From contig OX597820.1 of assembly GCA_951406725.2 (NCBI GenBank), forward strand, positions 119,722,001 to 119,786,000: a stretch of DNA of 64,000 bases, read 5' to 3'. Below are positions 40,595-53,989 of the stretch, in pieces. The notes below the pieces were generated by a model. It worked only from the letters and a program-made list of their open reading frames with translations. It was not told the origin of the DNA and made no database searches. The stretch's first letter is position 1. Each line of letters starts with the position of its first letter. Origin of the DNA: Octopus vulgaris. Its lineage: Eukaryota. The position numbers and the translations under genes were made by a program.

Positions 40595-42191
40595 TAATTT
40601 CTTACACACATACAGGCAGCGAATTGACGCAAATTATATTTACATACATAAGTAAAACATGGAAGCACACACACACACACACACACATACACACACACAT
40701 ACACACACAGACATACACACAGACACACACACACACACACATGTATATGTTCGTACGTACGCAAGCCTGTGTGTGTGCCTCATACATAGATTCCTTTACC
40801 GGAAAGTGCACTTGTGACATTTCGATTTTCAAGTCCCTTTCGATTTGCCCAAACTCCCCGGAGCATGTCTAATTGAATTATTTATATTTCTTTAGAAATT
40901 CGTTTAGATCTTCGTCGTAGTGAGTTAGTTTTACTAAAACTACTAAGCAACTCTGGCTACGTCTTAGACATGCTAAAAATAAATATTCGAAACATTATTT
41001 ATCGATCACCCCAAGCCATTTATAGAGATCAACATACTCGCGCGCGCGCAAAACATACAGACATATATGTAAGTATGTTCATGTATATATGTATGATCAT
41101 ATACATAAATGTTAAATATGACATAGCAACTAAAGAGATATTTATAAACATATATAGAACATACACATATACACGCATACACAGACATAAGCATAAATAT
41201 ATGTGTACTTCTATATATACATATGTAGATAATTACTTCAACTGTATAAATATATGCATATGTATGCTAGCCCATGACACGTTGCTGTATGCACTGAGTA
41301 ATATTCTGATTCATTTAAACACATGTATTTATACCGAGGTAAGTCTGATGTAAAGAAAATGTAAAATGATGTTGGAATAAAAAAAATACCTTTGCAATTG
41401 CTTCTTCTTAACTACTGTTTTCGAACAAACTTTTTTCAGAACTGAGTTGTCTGCAACATATATTTGTAAAATATTAACATCGGTCACCAAATCTCTGATG
41501 TGCTTGTCATCTGTATGACTACGTAGCGCAAGGTATTACTGAGCACGTAGGGAGAGAAATACCACATATTGCTCATGATTTTTGTATATGGACATAGTGA
41601 TTGCAGATATGTTGTGGATATGAGGAGTTAGCAAAGTAGAACACCGGCAATTCTACGTTATCTTATGCATGTGTCTCCTTTTGTTAGTAGCTTGAATGGG
41701 TCCTGCTTTTGTTATGTAATATGTTAAGAACGGTATGGAAGCTCCAATGCTTGCATCATATCTGGTGACACTTTGGGAATTAGAAAACTGTGGCGGATAC
41801 AGATTTATGTGATGAAAAGTGCGACGTAGTTAACGCTTGATTCTACGACTCTAAGATATTTAATCGATACAAGGAAATGGAGGCAACACCTCGGCGGATA
41901 CGAAACTTTTCATTAAAGAATGCGAAGTTCATCAACATTTTCATTTTTTTACAATTGAAATTTCTGCGTAAGGCAAACATCAGTTGCTGCGAAGATTATC
42001 ATATACATAAAGAATTAAGTATAAAAATGAAAAAGAGTTTCAATGGTAACTCATTATAGCAGACTGACAGCGTAAAGAATTCTGCCTTCACCATGCTGCA
42101 ATAATGAATCTGCATGGTGTGTATGCCGAACATGAATCATAATATTGATAGTATTGCAATGACTCAGAAATTTCATATTAAAACTCACAGT

Positions 42192-42603
42192 AGGCGCAGG
42201 AGTGGCTGTGTGGTAAGTAGCTTGTTTACAAACCACATGGTTCCGGGTTCAGTCTCACTGCGAAGCACTTTGGGCAAGTGTCTTTTACTATAGCCTCGGG
42301 CCGACCAATACCTTGTGAGTGGATTTGGTAGACGGAAACTGAAAAGAAGCCCGTCGTATATATATGTATATATATATATGGGTGTGTGTGTGTTTGTGTG
42401 TATGTGTTTGTTCCCCTAGCATTGCTTGACAACCGATGCTGGTGTGTTTATGTCCCCGTTACTTAGCGGTTCGGCAAAAGAGACCGATAGAATAAGTACT
42501 GGGCTTACAAAGAATAAGTCCCGAGGTCGAGTTGCTCGACTAAAGGCGGTGATCCAGCACGGCCGCAGTCAAATGACTGAAACAAGTAAAAGAGTAAAGA
42601 GTA
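42192..42603 (+). mobile_element. SINE family A
   Basis: Full-length copy. Confidence 0.93.
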
Positions 42604-42898
42604 ATGATTCAGAGTTCTGAAATGGGCAGAATGTAACGACCTGACATGGACACCAAGCGCCAAAGAGTTTCGTATATTTGTGTTCGTTCGTCGTAAAGGC
42701 TTAGAGAATACGAAGTAAGAACAGTGAGAGAATGGTAGTTAGAACGATATAGAGATAGGCTTTATCTACAAAATGACAGCAACGACAATTTGCAAATTAT
42801 GAAGAGAAATTTTGGAACGCAGTTTCGCAGTATGGGTGATGGTTCGTTATGAGTTATTTCTTGGAAAAAAATCTTATTTAACATCAATGTTATCAACA

Positions 42899-43285
42899 TG
42901 GAAGCACTCCGTCGGTTACGACGACGAGGGTTCCGGTTGATCCGAATCAACGGAACAGCCTGCTCGTGAAATTAACGTGTAAGTGGCTGAGCACTCCACA
43001 GACACATGCACCCTTAACGTAGTTCTCGGGGATATTCAGCGTGACACAGAGAGTGACAAGGCCGGCCCTTTGAAATATAGGTACAACAGAAACAGGAAGT
43101 AAGAGTGAGAGAAAGTTGTGGTGAAAGAGTACAGCAGGGATCACCACCATCCCCTGCCGGAGCCTTGTGGAGCTTTAGGTGTTTTTCGCTCAATAAACAC
43201 TCACAACGCCCGGTCTGGGAATCGAAACCGCGATCCTCCGACCGCGAGTCCGCTGCCCTAACCGCTGGGCCATTGCGCCTCCACA
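42899..43285 (-). mobile_element. SINE family C with TSD
   Basis: TSD aatgttatcaaca / aatgttattaaca. Confidence 0.92.
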
Positions 43286-44469
43286 AATGTTATTAACAAT
43301 GATGTTGATAAATGAATATAATTGGATAATCCAGAAATATATTTATATGTTTATATATCTTAGGAATAACTAACTACACGAGTCGTAATAAATTGCGTAC
43401 CCTTCAACAATCTTTAAGAGTATAATAATATAACGGGAACACACATTCATTCAATCTTCTCCGCGTCATGTCCCTTCATAACTTTACCGCAGCATTCAAA
43501 ACCATAGATATATTTTTTCAACTTAGACCCCATAATATAAGGTAAACAGACTGAGATAAGAATATTTCTCTAAGATCGTAGAGGCTGCCATATGCGAGAA
43601 CGTTCTGCTGTTAGAACTAGGAAAGAGACTGGATTATATAAGTCCGGGAAAGCAATTGAGTTTCGAAATTATTAAAATATCTTATTACGAAAGAAAGCAT
43701 CGAAAAATCAATATTATGATATCAAAATAAATGTACGAGAAGTTAGACATTTTGATTAGAAAATGGTGAGAGCGTAAATATAATCATAACTCATGAAAAT
43801 TCAATTTTCTTCCTCGAATGATGAATTAGCGATGTTATTAACAAAAACAATATGCACAAACACTGAATATTTTCTACCATAGCATAGGCAGCTGGTGTTA
43901 AATGAGGTAATGAGATATGTACAGACAACGTACACACACGCACACACAAACACAAAGAGAAAATAATAAAAATCAAAATAAAATATGTAATAATGGCTTC
44001 ATAATGAACGAGAATTAAACATTCCTTTAACGAATTGTTGAAATGCAGTTAGCAATCAGGATTACGAGAAGAAGCAAATATATAATGACTATTTAGCAAA
44101 TAACACCAAAATTCTTTGCAAAACGAGACACTAATATATTTTTCGTTTTCCATAACGTGTTCTTTTAAATTTTTTTCTTTACACTTCATTTCCCAATCTA
44201 AAATGCAATTAATGCAGCAGAAATATCACTTTATGTAAGTAAATTTTCGAAACTGGTATATTTTGTTTCACTGAAAGAAAACACGACCATAATTATGATT
44301 AGAAAAAAAAAACTAATGCAAATATATGAGATCGTATGCGTGAGTGTGTGTGTATAGCTGTGTGTATATGTATGGATGTTTGTATGCGCTTCTAATTGGT
44401 CGTTGATACCGCAAAATATCTGATTATGCAATGTTTAATTATACATAAATATAACGCATATATACGTAA

Positions 44470-44521
<52 letters not shown>

Positions 44522-44580
44522 TATGTATACATATATATATATAGCTATATATATACATACATACATATATATATATAGCG

Positions 44581-44628
<48 letters not shown>

Positions 44629-44864
44629 TACAAAATTAGAGAATGGAGAAACATATAAATCAATAAAACATCAACTATCCGATGATACTCAATCCATACT
44701 TTAATACACCATTATATAAAGGCAATATATATAAATGAGATATACAGTAATAGTAAAAGTAAAAGATAAAGAGATATAAGTAAAAAATTACAAATACAAT
44801 ATGCAAATAAATCAATATTGGATATATATTATCCCATGGTGGGTTGAATTTTCAACCCCTATCT

Positions 44865-44913
<49 letters not shown>

Positions 44914-45030
44914 CGTGATCACCGTTACCGACCAGGCTATCAGATGTTGCTACACATTGCTAGTTACAGTGCGCTTCGCATTATTTTAGCCTTCAAATGA
45001 TGCCACCCTGCTGGCTAAGTGAGCAGACCA

Positions 45031-45063
<33 letters not shown>

Positions 45064-45318
45064 TATGTATGTGTGTGTGTGTGTGTGTGGGTGTGTGTGT
45101 ATGTGTCTGAGTGCGCTAAAGTGGCTGTTTGTGTCCGAAGATCATGAAGAAGAGCGGTAGGCTTCGTTGAGTTAGGAGAGCGTTACGATGACTCGTTCCT
45201 ATGACCTTGTTGCCCTGACCTCCATTATATTTTTTTGCAGAGATTTGGCTAGAAAATTATCTTACTTCATTACTCCCCTCTGCTTTGCAAATCTTCTGTC
45301 CGATATATATATATATAT

Positions 45319-45497
45319 AGTTAATCCAAAGAAGAAAGCACAAAAAAACACAACAACGCGAGGACGTGGAACAAATATAGTATTATTGGACGCCCAGGAG
45401 AGAAGGAACGTTTAACGTTTCGAGCGGAGCTCTTCGTCAGAAACATAGGAGAAGGAAAGATCCAGAGAAGGGAAGACAGAGGAAAAAAATCGCCAAC

Positions 45498-45499
<2 letters not shown>
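45319..45499 (-). mobile_element. Short Penelope-like element between (TA)n and (GT)n
   Basis: Homologous to 27581-27792. Confidence 0.75.
45408..45446 (-). ncRNA. Minimal type I hammerhead motif (intact core)
   Basis: atgttt-CTGACGA-a gagc tcc gctc-GAAAC-GTT/aaacgt; 6-bp stem I. Confidence 0.75.
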
Positions 45500-45535
<36 letters not shown>

Positions 45536-46844
45536 TGTTTTTGTGTGTGTCGAGAGCTGTTTTTTAATGAAATCTACCTGAACAAACATATGCTCTACAG
45601 ATGAGAGCCTGGGTTTCAAATCACATAATTTATTATATTCCCACGTAAACTTCTCCGGATCAATGAACGGAAAATCGGGGATATACAAATAGCAATCTTT
45701 CATATTGCAAGGCTCACCACACTTTGGAATGTTCAGTTGATGCGGTAGACTGACAAGACTAACTCCCTTCCCAAGAGAAATTTCAATAAATTAAATAAAA
45801 GAGCTTGAAACCCCGATATTATATAAGAATTGGTGAGCAATGTTCTTCCTCTTTTAGATTTTCTTTCTCATATCAAGCACAGCGCTGATTGAGCAATTAT
45901 ACTATAAAGGCATTCTAACCATAATCATCTTCGGCTTTATTGAGGCAGTATGCAATCTTCTGATTTGTTTCACCGATAGATAATTTTTTTTAAAAGAAAC
46001 TGAAATTTGTTTCACGATATATACACACAGTTATCATATGCCGTTGGGTATGCTATTATATTTTTATTGAATACAATCATACTCGATCGAATGAATTTTT
46101 AATTCTAACCGACGAAATTGAAACAAAACAAAATGTTGATTATATTGTATTTAGTCTAATAACGGTAATTAGCATCTTTTCATTAGATAAATGTAAAATT
46201 ATGCAACAATTTAGTAAAATTAACAAATGATAATGACAGGCATACATATTCACACACGCATATACAAAACAAGTACACACTCATATATATGCATGTATGT
46301 GAACACACACACACGCACATACACCCACATTCTTTCCTTTCCACATTTGCCTCCCACCACAAGAGAATATGTAACGTACTCTTCTATTTCTTGTGTTCTG
46401 TTTTGACATTAAAGTGTTTCGGTCCAACGAATTAATATTCTTAAAGACAGAGCACATAGAGACGCATGCAGGCCCTTACACCTCCACATTCACAAAAATC
46501 AAACACACTCAGTCACATGTTCACACACACTCTCTCTAAAAAAAAAAACAAAAAAAAAACACATACGCTTTGAGTTCGAAGTAAAATAAATGTCTGTTGG
46601 TTCTAAATACAAATACGAAAATGAAAACAGCCGTTAGAAAAAGAGAGGCAATAGAGAGAATTGAAGAGATTCCATGAAGAGAAAGGCTCAGGAAGAAAGA
46701 GGCATGTATATTCTGGGTGGAAAAGTGGTACGGGAGTTCGTATCTATAATTTAATGCAATATTTAATTTAGCTATGAATTGTCTATTCGATATATTTGGA
46801 TGTTGTTCTTTGAATGAGCGTCGCTCATGCCCGTGTAGATATTG

Positions 46845-47210
46845 ATTCCAAATATTGGCACAAGGCCAGCATTTTCGGAGGAGTGAGTAAGGAGATTACA
46901 GTAATCTCAGTGCTGAACTGATTCTTGTTTATCGGCCTCGAAATGATGAAAGACGAAGTCGACCACAGCGGAATTTGAACTCAGAGCGTAAAGACGGACA
47001 AAATGCCTCTGAGCGGTTTTGCCAGCGCTCTCAAGTTGTTGCTTATATTCTCGCATAGAATAAGGCGCTAGGCTGGTTGAATTGTTTGCATGCCGAGCAA
47101 AATGCTGCGCGGCATTTCGTTCGTCCTTATGTTCTGAGTTCAAATACCACCGAGGTTTGACTTACCCCCTCACCCCAAATTTGCTGGTCTTGTGCCAACA
47201 TTTGAAACCG
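46845..47210. mobile_element. Two diverged SINE B copies, head-to-head (46845-47030 -, 47062-47210 +)
   Basis: gaagtcgaccacagcggaatttgaactcag and ctgagttcaaataccaccgagg. Confidence 0.7.
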
Positions 47211-47578
47211 ATTTTCTCACATAGAATACTGTATTCAGACAAGACCAGTCTTTTGAAATCTGTGAAATAATCAGTTATAAACGAATTTAAGCATTGCTTG
47301 ACTATTGATTTGCTCCTCATATCAACTGAATAATTATGCTTATTGAATAATTATTTCGTCAACGCCAGCAGTGATGTGTTTCTTGAGCACTAGAACCCAC
47401 AAGTCCTATGAATGACGGAGATCACAGCAATACCCATAAAAGCGACGCCAGGAGATTCAGGACAAGCAATATTTTGAGGGGAGGGGTATTCGATTTCAAA
47501 TATCACGAGTCACCTATTATTTCATTCGCTATTTTCAACATTGGTGAGTTGGCACAATAAGAAGCACATAGAACAATA

Positions 47579-48368
47579 TACCTATTTCTTTACTACCCAC
47601 AAGGGGCTACACAAAGAGGGGACAAACAAGGACAGACAAACCGATCAAGACGATTACATCGACTCCAGTGCGCAACCGGTTCTTATTTAATCGACCCCGA
47701 AAGGATGAAAGGCAAAGTCGACCTCGGTGGAATTTGAACTCAGAAGGTAGCGGCAGATGAAATACCTATTTCTGTACTACCCACAAGGGGCTACACACAG
47801 AGAGGACAAACAAAGACAGACAAACGGATTAAGTCGATTATATCGACCCCAGTAAGTAACTGATACTTATTTAATCGACCCCGAAAGGATGAAAGGCAAA
47901 GTCGACCACGGCGGAATTTGAACTCAGAAGGTAGCGGCAGATGAAATACCTATTTCTGTACTACCCACAAGGGGCTACACACAGGGAGGACAAACAAAGA
48001 CAGACAAACGGATTAAATCGATTATATCGACCCCAGTAAGTAACTGGTACTTATTTAATCGACCCCGAAAGGATGAAAGGCAAAGTCGACCTCGGCGGAA
48101 TTTGAACTCAGAACGTAGCGGCAGACGAAATACCTATTTCTTTACTACCCACACGGGGCTAAACACAGAGAGGACAAACAAAGACAGACAAACGGATTAA
48201 GTCGATTGTATCGACCCCAGTGCGTAACTGGTACTTAATTTATCGACCCCGAAAGGATGAAAGGCAAAGTCGATCTCCGCGGAATTTGAACTCAGAATGT
48301 AGCGGCAGACGAAATACCGCTAAGCATTTCGCCCGGCGTGATAACGTTTCTGCCACAGCTCCCCGCCT
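47579..48368 (-). repeat. SINE B tandem array: one head plus four 184-bp bodies
   Basis: Unit starts 47579, 47763, 47947, 48131; head 48315-48368. Confidence 0.93.
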
Positions 48369-49568
48369 TTTTTAACAAAATACCGCTAAGCATTTTGTCC
48401 GATGCACTAATGATTGTGCCAGCAAGGAAGTGTTGAAAATGGAGAATAAAATGATAGATGACTCATGATGTTCGTCAATCTGTACTTTGATAGTGCATTA
48501 AGACGTTCAAACAGGCTGAATTATCCATAGGCAGAAATTGGTTTGAGAATGAATCCATTTTCACAAAAAAACTATGTCTTCTATATCATTCATGGTGTAG
48601 GTTCGTTTTTCGCATACATGAAACGAGGGTCTGTACGTAAACTGCATCTACATTCACCCTCTGTAGAGAAAGTCGATCAACGAAATTATGCTCAAGTATT
48701 TGTCATTTTATTGCTGCTATGTGTAAGTATGCTTTCCAGTTTCATTAAATTCTACAAACATGAAGATATGTTCTAATATAGAGTTATTTCAGAATGGATT
48801 GGGATATTTCCGCTGTAAATATTACATTTAAGAAATACCTCGTTTGCTTGTCGACTCACTACAACGAATTTAACGTAAAAACCGAACTGTTGATAGTTCG
48901 CTTGAATGGCTGTCTGACATTCATATTAACCGAACAAGTTGCATCTCTCAAATGAAACTGCGTTTATGTCATAACCGAAATATTTCATTTTTCCTATATC
49001 TCCTATATTAGTGAATACATAACAAACAGGACGGATATTAAATTAGAATTTTTTTCTTGTATTTGAATAAAACATTACCGTGTGTGATGAAATGATTTCG
49101 GTATTATTCTGCATATCTCCGTAACGAAATATCCAATTTGTCATGGTTTAACATTTCATTTCCAAGCTGCGCAGCAATTTCTTTGCAACGCAGTAGGAGT
49201 AATGATTTACTTGCTACATAACATGAGATATATCATGCGTTAACATCAGACTGCTTGCTTTGCCTAGGGCTTCCATTATTGACTTAATAACATGTTTATA
49301 GATCTCACATAACTGCTTGCTAACTGTTAAGATAAGACACATATGCATTAACACACACATAAACACACACAACCTTACAAATAAACACACAGACTTGCGT
49401 GCATCACAACGCACACACAAATTTAACAGCGCACTCACAAAGCTTTCCCACTTCACAACAGATTTCCTATTTCTTCCTCTTTCTTTCAATATTGCTTTAG
49501 AAAACTCTGCCGTCGTCACTACACATTCACTCCTTCATGTGTTACACATTGTTTATTGCAATTACATA

Positions 49569-49759
49569 TTCTTCTTCTTCTTCTTCTTCTTCTTCTTCTT
49601 CTTCTTCTTCTTCTTCTTCTTCTTCTTCTTCTTCTTCTTCTTCTTCTTCTTCTTCTTCGTCTTCATCTTCTTCTTCTTCTTCTTCTTCTCTTTCTTCTTC
49701 TTCTTCTTCTTCTTCTTCTTCTTCCTCCTCTTCTTCTTCTTCTTCTTTGTCGTCGTCAT

Positions 49760-49797
<38 letters not shown>

Positions 49798-49840
49798 TAT
49801 TATTATTATTATTATTATTATAACTGCAAGAATAAGAACA

Positions 49841-49898
<58 letters not shown>

Positions 49899-49924
49899 TA
49901 ATAATAATATTAATAATAATGAGG

Positions 49925-49961
<37 letters not shown>

Positions 49962-50011
49962 TAATAATAGTAATTATAATAATAATAATTATAATAATAA
50001 TAGTAATTATA

Positions 50012-50066
<55 letters not shown>

Positions 50067-50221
50067 TAATAATAATATAGTAATTATATAATAATAATAA
50101 TAATAATAATATAATATTATTATTATTATTATAACAACAATAATAATAATTATTATTATTATTATAGCAACAACAACAACAACAACAACAATAATAATAA
50201 TAATAATAAAAATAATAATAA
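49569..50221. repeat. (TTC)n followed by compound (AAT)n/(TTA)n/(CAA)n
   Basis: Directly visible. Confidence 0.97.
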
Positions 50222-50413
50222 CCTTTTCCACTATAGGCACAAGGCTTGAAAGTTATGGGAAGGGTTAAGTCGATTACATGGACACCAGATTTCAATTAGA
50301 ACTTATATCATTGACCCCGGAAAGATGAAAATTAGAATTCGGAACGTAAGGACGGATGAAAGGGCGCTAAGCATTTTGCCCGGCGTGCTAAAGATGCTGC
50401 CAATTGGCCGTCT
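50222..50413 (-). mobile_element. SINE B-related copy, diverged
   Basis: aagtcgattac...gaccccggaaagatgaaa...ctaagcattttgcccggcgtgcta. Confidence 0.75.
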
Positions 50414-50494
50414 TCGAAAAGTAGAATGCCCCTCTGTACATTACTGATCAACCCCAGACAGATGACTACATCATCATCAACAACAGCAAGAACG

Positions 50495-50574
<80 letters not shown>

Positions 50575-50575
50575 G

Positions 50576-50633
<58 letters not shown>
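50495..50633. repeat. (ACT)n microsatellite
   Basis: Directly visible. Confidence 0.97.
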
Positions 50634-50659
50634 GAAGAAAGAAGAGTTGAGGGATATCA

Positions 50660-50929
50660 CTGGTTACCTTGGGAAGTTAAGTAGTTGTGGTCGATGAAAA
50701 AGGTGGTAGTAGTACCAATAATTGTCAGAGCCCTGGGAACAGTGAGCAAAAATCTAGAGAAGTAAATAGGGGCTGCAATAATGGTGGAGCACTTGCAGAA
50801 AACAGCACTGCTTGGAACTGCTCGTATACTCTGGAACGTGTTCGAAAAATATGAGCTGTTATCTTAGTTCACTGGTAGTGAACAGCTGACACTGTAATAC
50901 ATCTCCAGCGTTAGAAGCTGTGCAAAGGC

Positions 50930-50930
<1 letters not shown>
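50660..50930 (+). mobile_element. R4/Dong 3' end (second subfamily) ending in (TAA)n
   Basis: VVVVPIIVRALGTVSKNLEK...LQKTALLGTARIL. Confidence 0.85.
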
Positions 50931-51024
<94 letters not shown>

Positions 51025-51098
51025 TGATAATAATAATAATAATAAGGATAATAATGATGATGATAATAATAATAATAATAAGGATAATAATGATGATG

Positions 51099-51173
<75 letters not shown>

Positions 51174-51835
51174 GTAACTCCAGAATATGTGGAGATAGAC
51201 AAGAAACAATAATTCATATTATCTCTGGCTGCCCAGTCCTGGCTAAGAAGGAATATATTCACAGACATGACAGAGTTGGAACCTACATACACTGGAAGCT
51301 ATGCCAACATTATGGAATAACAACAGAAAAAAGATGGTATAGGCACACACCAGAAAAGGTCACACAAAACGAGAAAGCAACCATACTCTGGGATATGCCG
51401 ATACACACAGATAGAGAAATTAAGGCCAACAGACCAGATATAGTTGTCAGAGATCATGAAGAAAAAAAAATGCTTTCTAATTGATGTATCAATACCGGCA
51501 GATGACAACGTGTCTCTAAAAGAAATGGAGAAACTCTCAAAATACAAAGACCTGGAAATAGAGGTAACTAGAATGTGGAATCTGAAAACAGAAACAATTC
51601 CTATCATAGTAGGTGCATTAGGCATGATAAAAAAATATTCAGACAAATACATAACAAAAACACCAGGACTTACAAACACATATAACATACAGAAAATTGC
51701 ACTACTAGGCACTGCACACATCCTACGCAGAACACTTTCCATACAATAACCATCAGAGCATCACAACAAATCACAGCACATACCTAAGGCACACAGAGCT
51801 GCGCTCGGTAGTGAAGTGAGAGGACGCTATAACTA

Positions 51836-51838
<3 letters not shown>
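51174..51838 (+). mobile_element. R4/Dong 3' fragment (zinc knuckle + RLE, third subfamily) in (TAA)n
   Basis: SRICGDRQETIIHIISGC, RHDRVG, ANRPDIVV, frameshift in the A-run at ~51461-51470, LIDVSIP, KLSKYKDL, ALLGTAHILRRTL*. Confidence 0.93.
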
Positions 51839-51873
<35 letters not shown>

Positions 51874-51939
51874 TAATAAGGATGATAATAATAATAATAA
51901 TGATAATAATGAAGATGATAATAATAATAATAATGAGAT

Positions 51940-52016
<77 letters not shown>

Positions 52017-52018
<2 letters not shown>

Positions 52019-52492
52019 TCTTGGTATAAAAGATGGGCTACAGCAAGTATTCTGCTGAATACCACAGATTTGCTTATCAGTTGTTTGACCTTAACCAGTT
52101 GAGCATGTCCCTTAGTGGCTGACGATATGTGCATCTCTGATCACGAGCAGAAGTAGTCGGGGAGTATCATAGTCATGTGTTGAGAAGGATTATTTGGGGT
52201 TTGAATAATTCACCTCTGGAAACATGGGTGTTTCGTTCAACATCCTTAAACAACTCTTATTCAGGGGCATTTTGATCAGGATGGGTTACTCGACCAGAAG
52301 AAAGTTCTAACTGGGCCCCACCTACAAGGTCATGTGCTGTTTATCTCGATATGAGATCACCATGTCGCGCACATATGGTTGTGATGCATGTGCCTGGTGT
52401 ACCTTTATCAGACGGGTAGTCATGATGGGTATATTGGGCTTCGTATATTTTACCCCAGTGTCACTTTGATGGCATGAACTGCTCTCTCACTC

Positions 52493-52493
<1 letters not shown>
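52017..52493 (+). mobile_element. Non-coding ~480-bp element inserted in (TAA)n
   Basis: Second diverged copy at 52569-53073; both end ctctctcact(c/g)aataa. Confidence 0.8.
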
Positions 52494-52568
<75 letters not shown>

Positions 52569-53073
52569 GTAGACTCGATGCAATAGCAGGCAGTTGCTCA
52601 AATAGCGTCTGAAACGTTACTGATCAGAGTCGTTATCATGTATATGTTTTTTGTCTTGGAATAAAAGATAAGCTACAGTAAATATTCTACTCAGGAACGT
52701 AGATTTACTTGCGATTTGCTTGACCTTCACCAGATCACGCGCCGGATTCGTTAGGGAGCATTATAGCCATGTGCTGAAATGAATTCTTTGGGGTTTCAAT
52801 AATTTACCTCTGAAAACATGTGTGTTTCGTTCAACATCCTTCAACAACCGTTATTTTGTGATCTTTTAAGTGGGATGTGCTAATCAACATGAAGAAAAAT
52901 TCTAACTGGGCCCCACCTGAAAGTTCATGCGCTGTTTATCTTGATATGAGATCACTACGATGCGCATTTATGTCTCTTATGCATTTGTCAGGCGGGTCGT
53001 CATGATGGGTATGTTGTGCTCTGCATATGTCTACCCGGTATCACTTTCATGACATGTACTTCTCTCTCACTGA
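52569..53073 (+). mobile_element. Older copy of the (TAA)n-associated non-coding element
   Basis: Collinear with 52017-52493, with a 5' extension and an internal deletion. Confidence 0.8.
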
Positions 53074-53989
53074 ATAAAAATAGTAATAGTAACAATAGCG
53101 ACAACAGCAGTAGTAAGAACAACAACTGCAAGAACAACGACAACAACAACAATAATTCTTGTTGCTGGGTTGATGGTTGCGGTGGTGTCAATGTTACCTT
53201 TACTTCTATAACTAAAATGACTGTTTTGTGACAAAAATCTATTAAATTCTTATTCTCTCTATTGCTATCATATTCATTGGTGTTGTTATTGCTATTGTAT
53301 TTGCTTTTATTGATAATGCTATTGTTATTGATTGTGTTGTTCCCGTTATTTATATGGCGTGTTCATCGTGGACTCAAGCGTCGAGTTCAGCTTAGAGGAC
53401 ATTTCCTTTCAAGATAATTTAATGAAAAAGTTTTTTTTCTGTCATTCTTTCTCTTGTGCATTTATCAATAAAACTTTTCGTGTACTAGATTGCCTACTGA
53501 ATTGTAGTGGATTGATTAAGGGGATTCATCCTCAAACATTAATATTATATTAATATGTACATATTTGAACGTTTCCATAATTTTGTAAGTTTCCATTTTG
53601 ATTGCTTAAGCTGTCTTTCCATTTTACTATTTTTGAGTTAGCTTCAAATTTGGTGACAGTAACTGCTTACCTAAAATGTTTACAAAGCAGATTGAAAAGA
53701 ACAGCTACATAGAAATATGACAACAGAAGAAAAAAACAGTTGGCAGGTGTTAACGCAGTCATATACAAAATTAAAAAAAGTATCCTGAAACACAAAAAAA
53801 CATGCCCTATGCTAACAATGACATCTGAAAGTGCACCTAATTATGCAGCAGCTAATTATGCAGGTAGAAGGAAAATATTAATGTGGTATTTCGTAATGCC
53901 GAAGCAATATTTGCTGATATTTTTCCGTAGGAAAAAGAAAGGAATAGTGGCATACAACAGTTTCCTAAAAAGGTACTCAATAAAGCGGT

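Noticed and set aside
52119-52235. CTGACGA ... GAAAC in the TAA-associated element
   Set aside because: No matching stem I or cleavage triplet, and the region is deleted in the second copy
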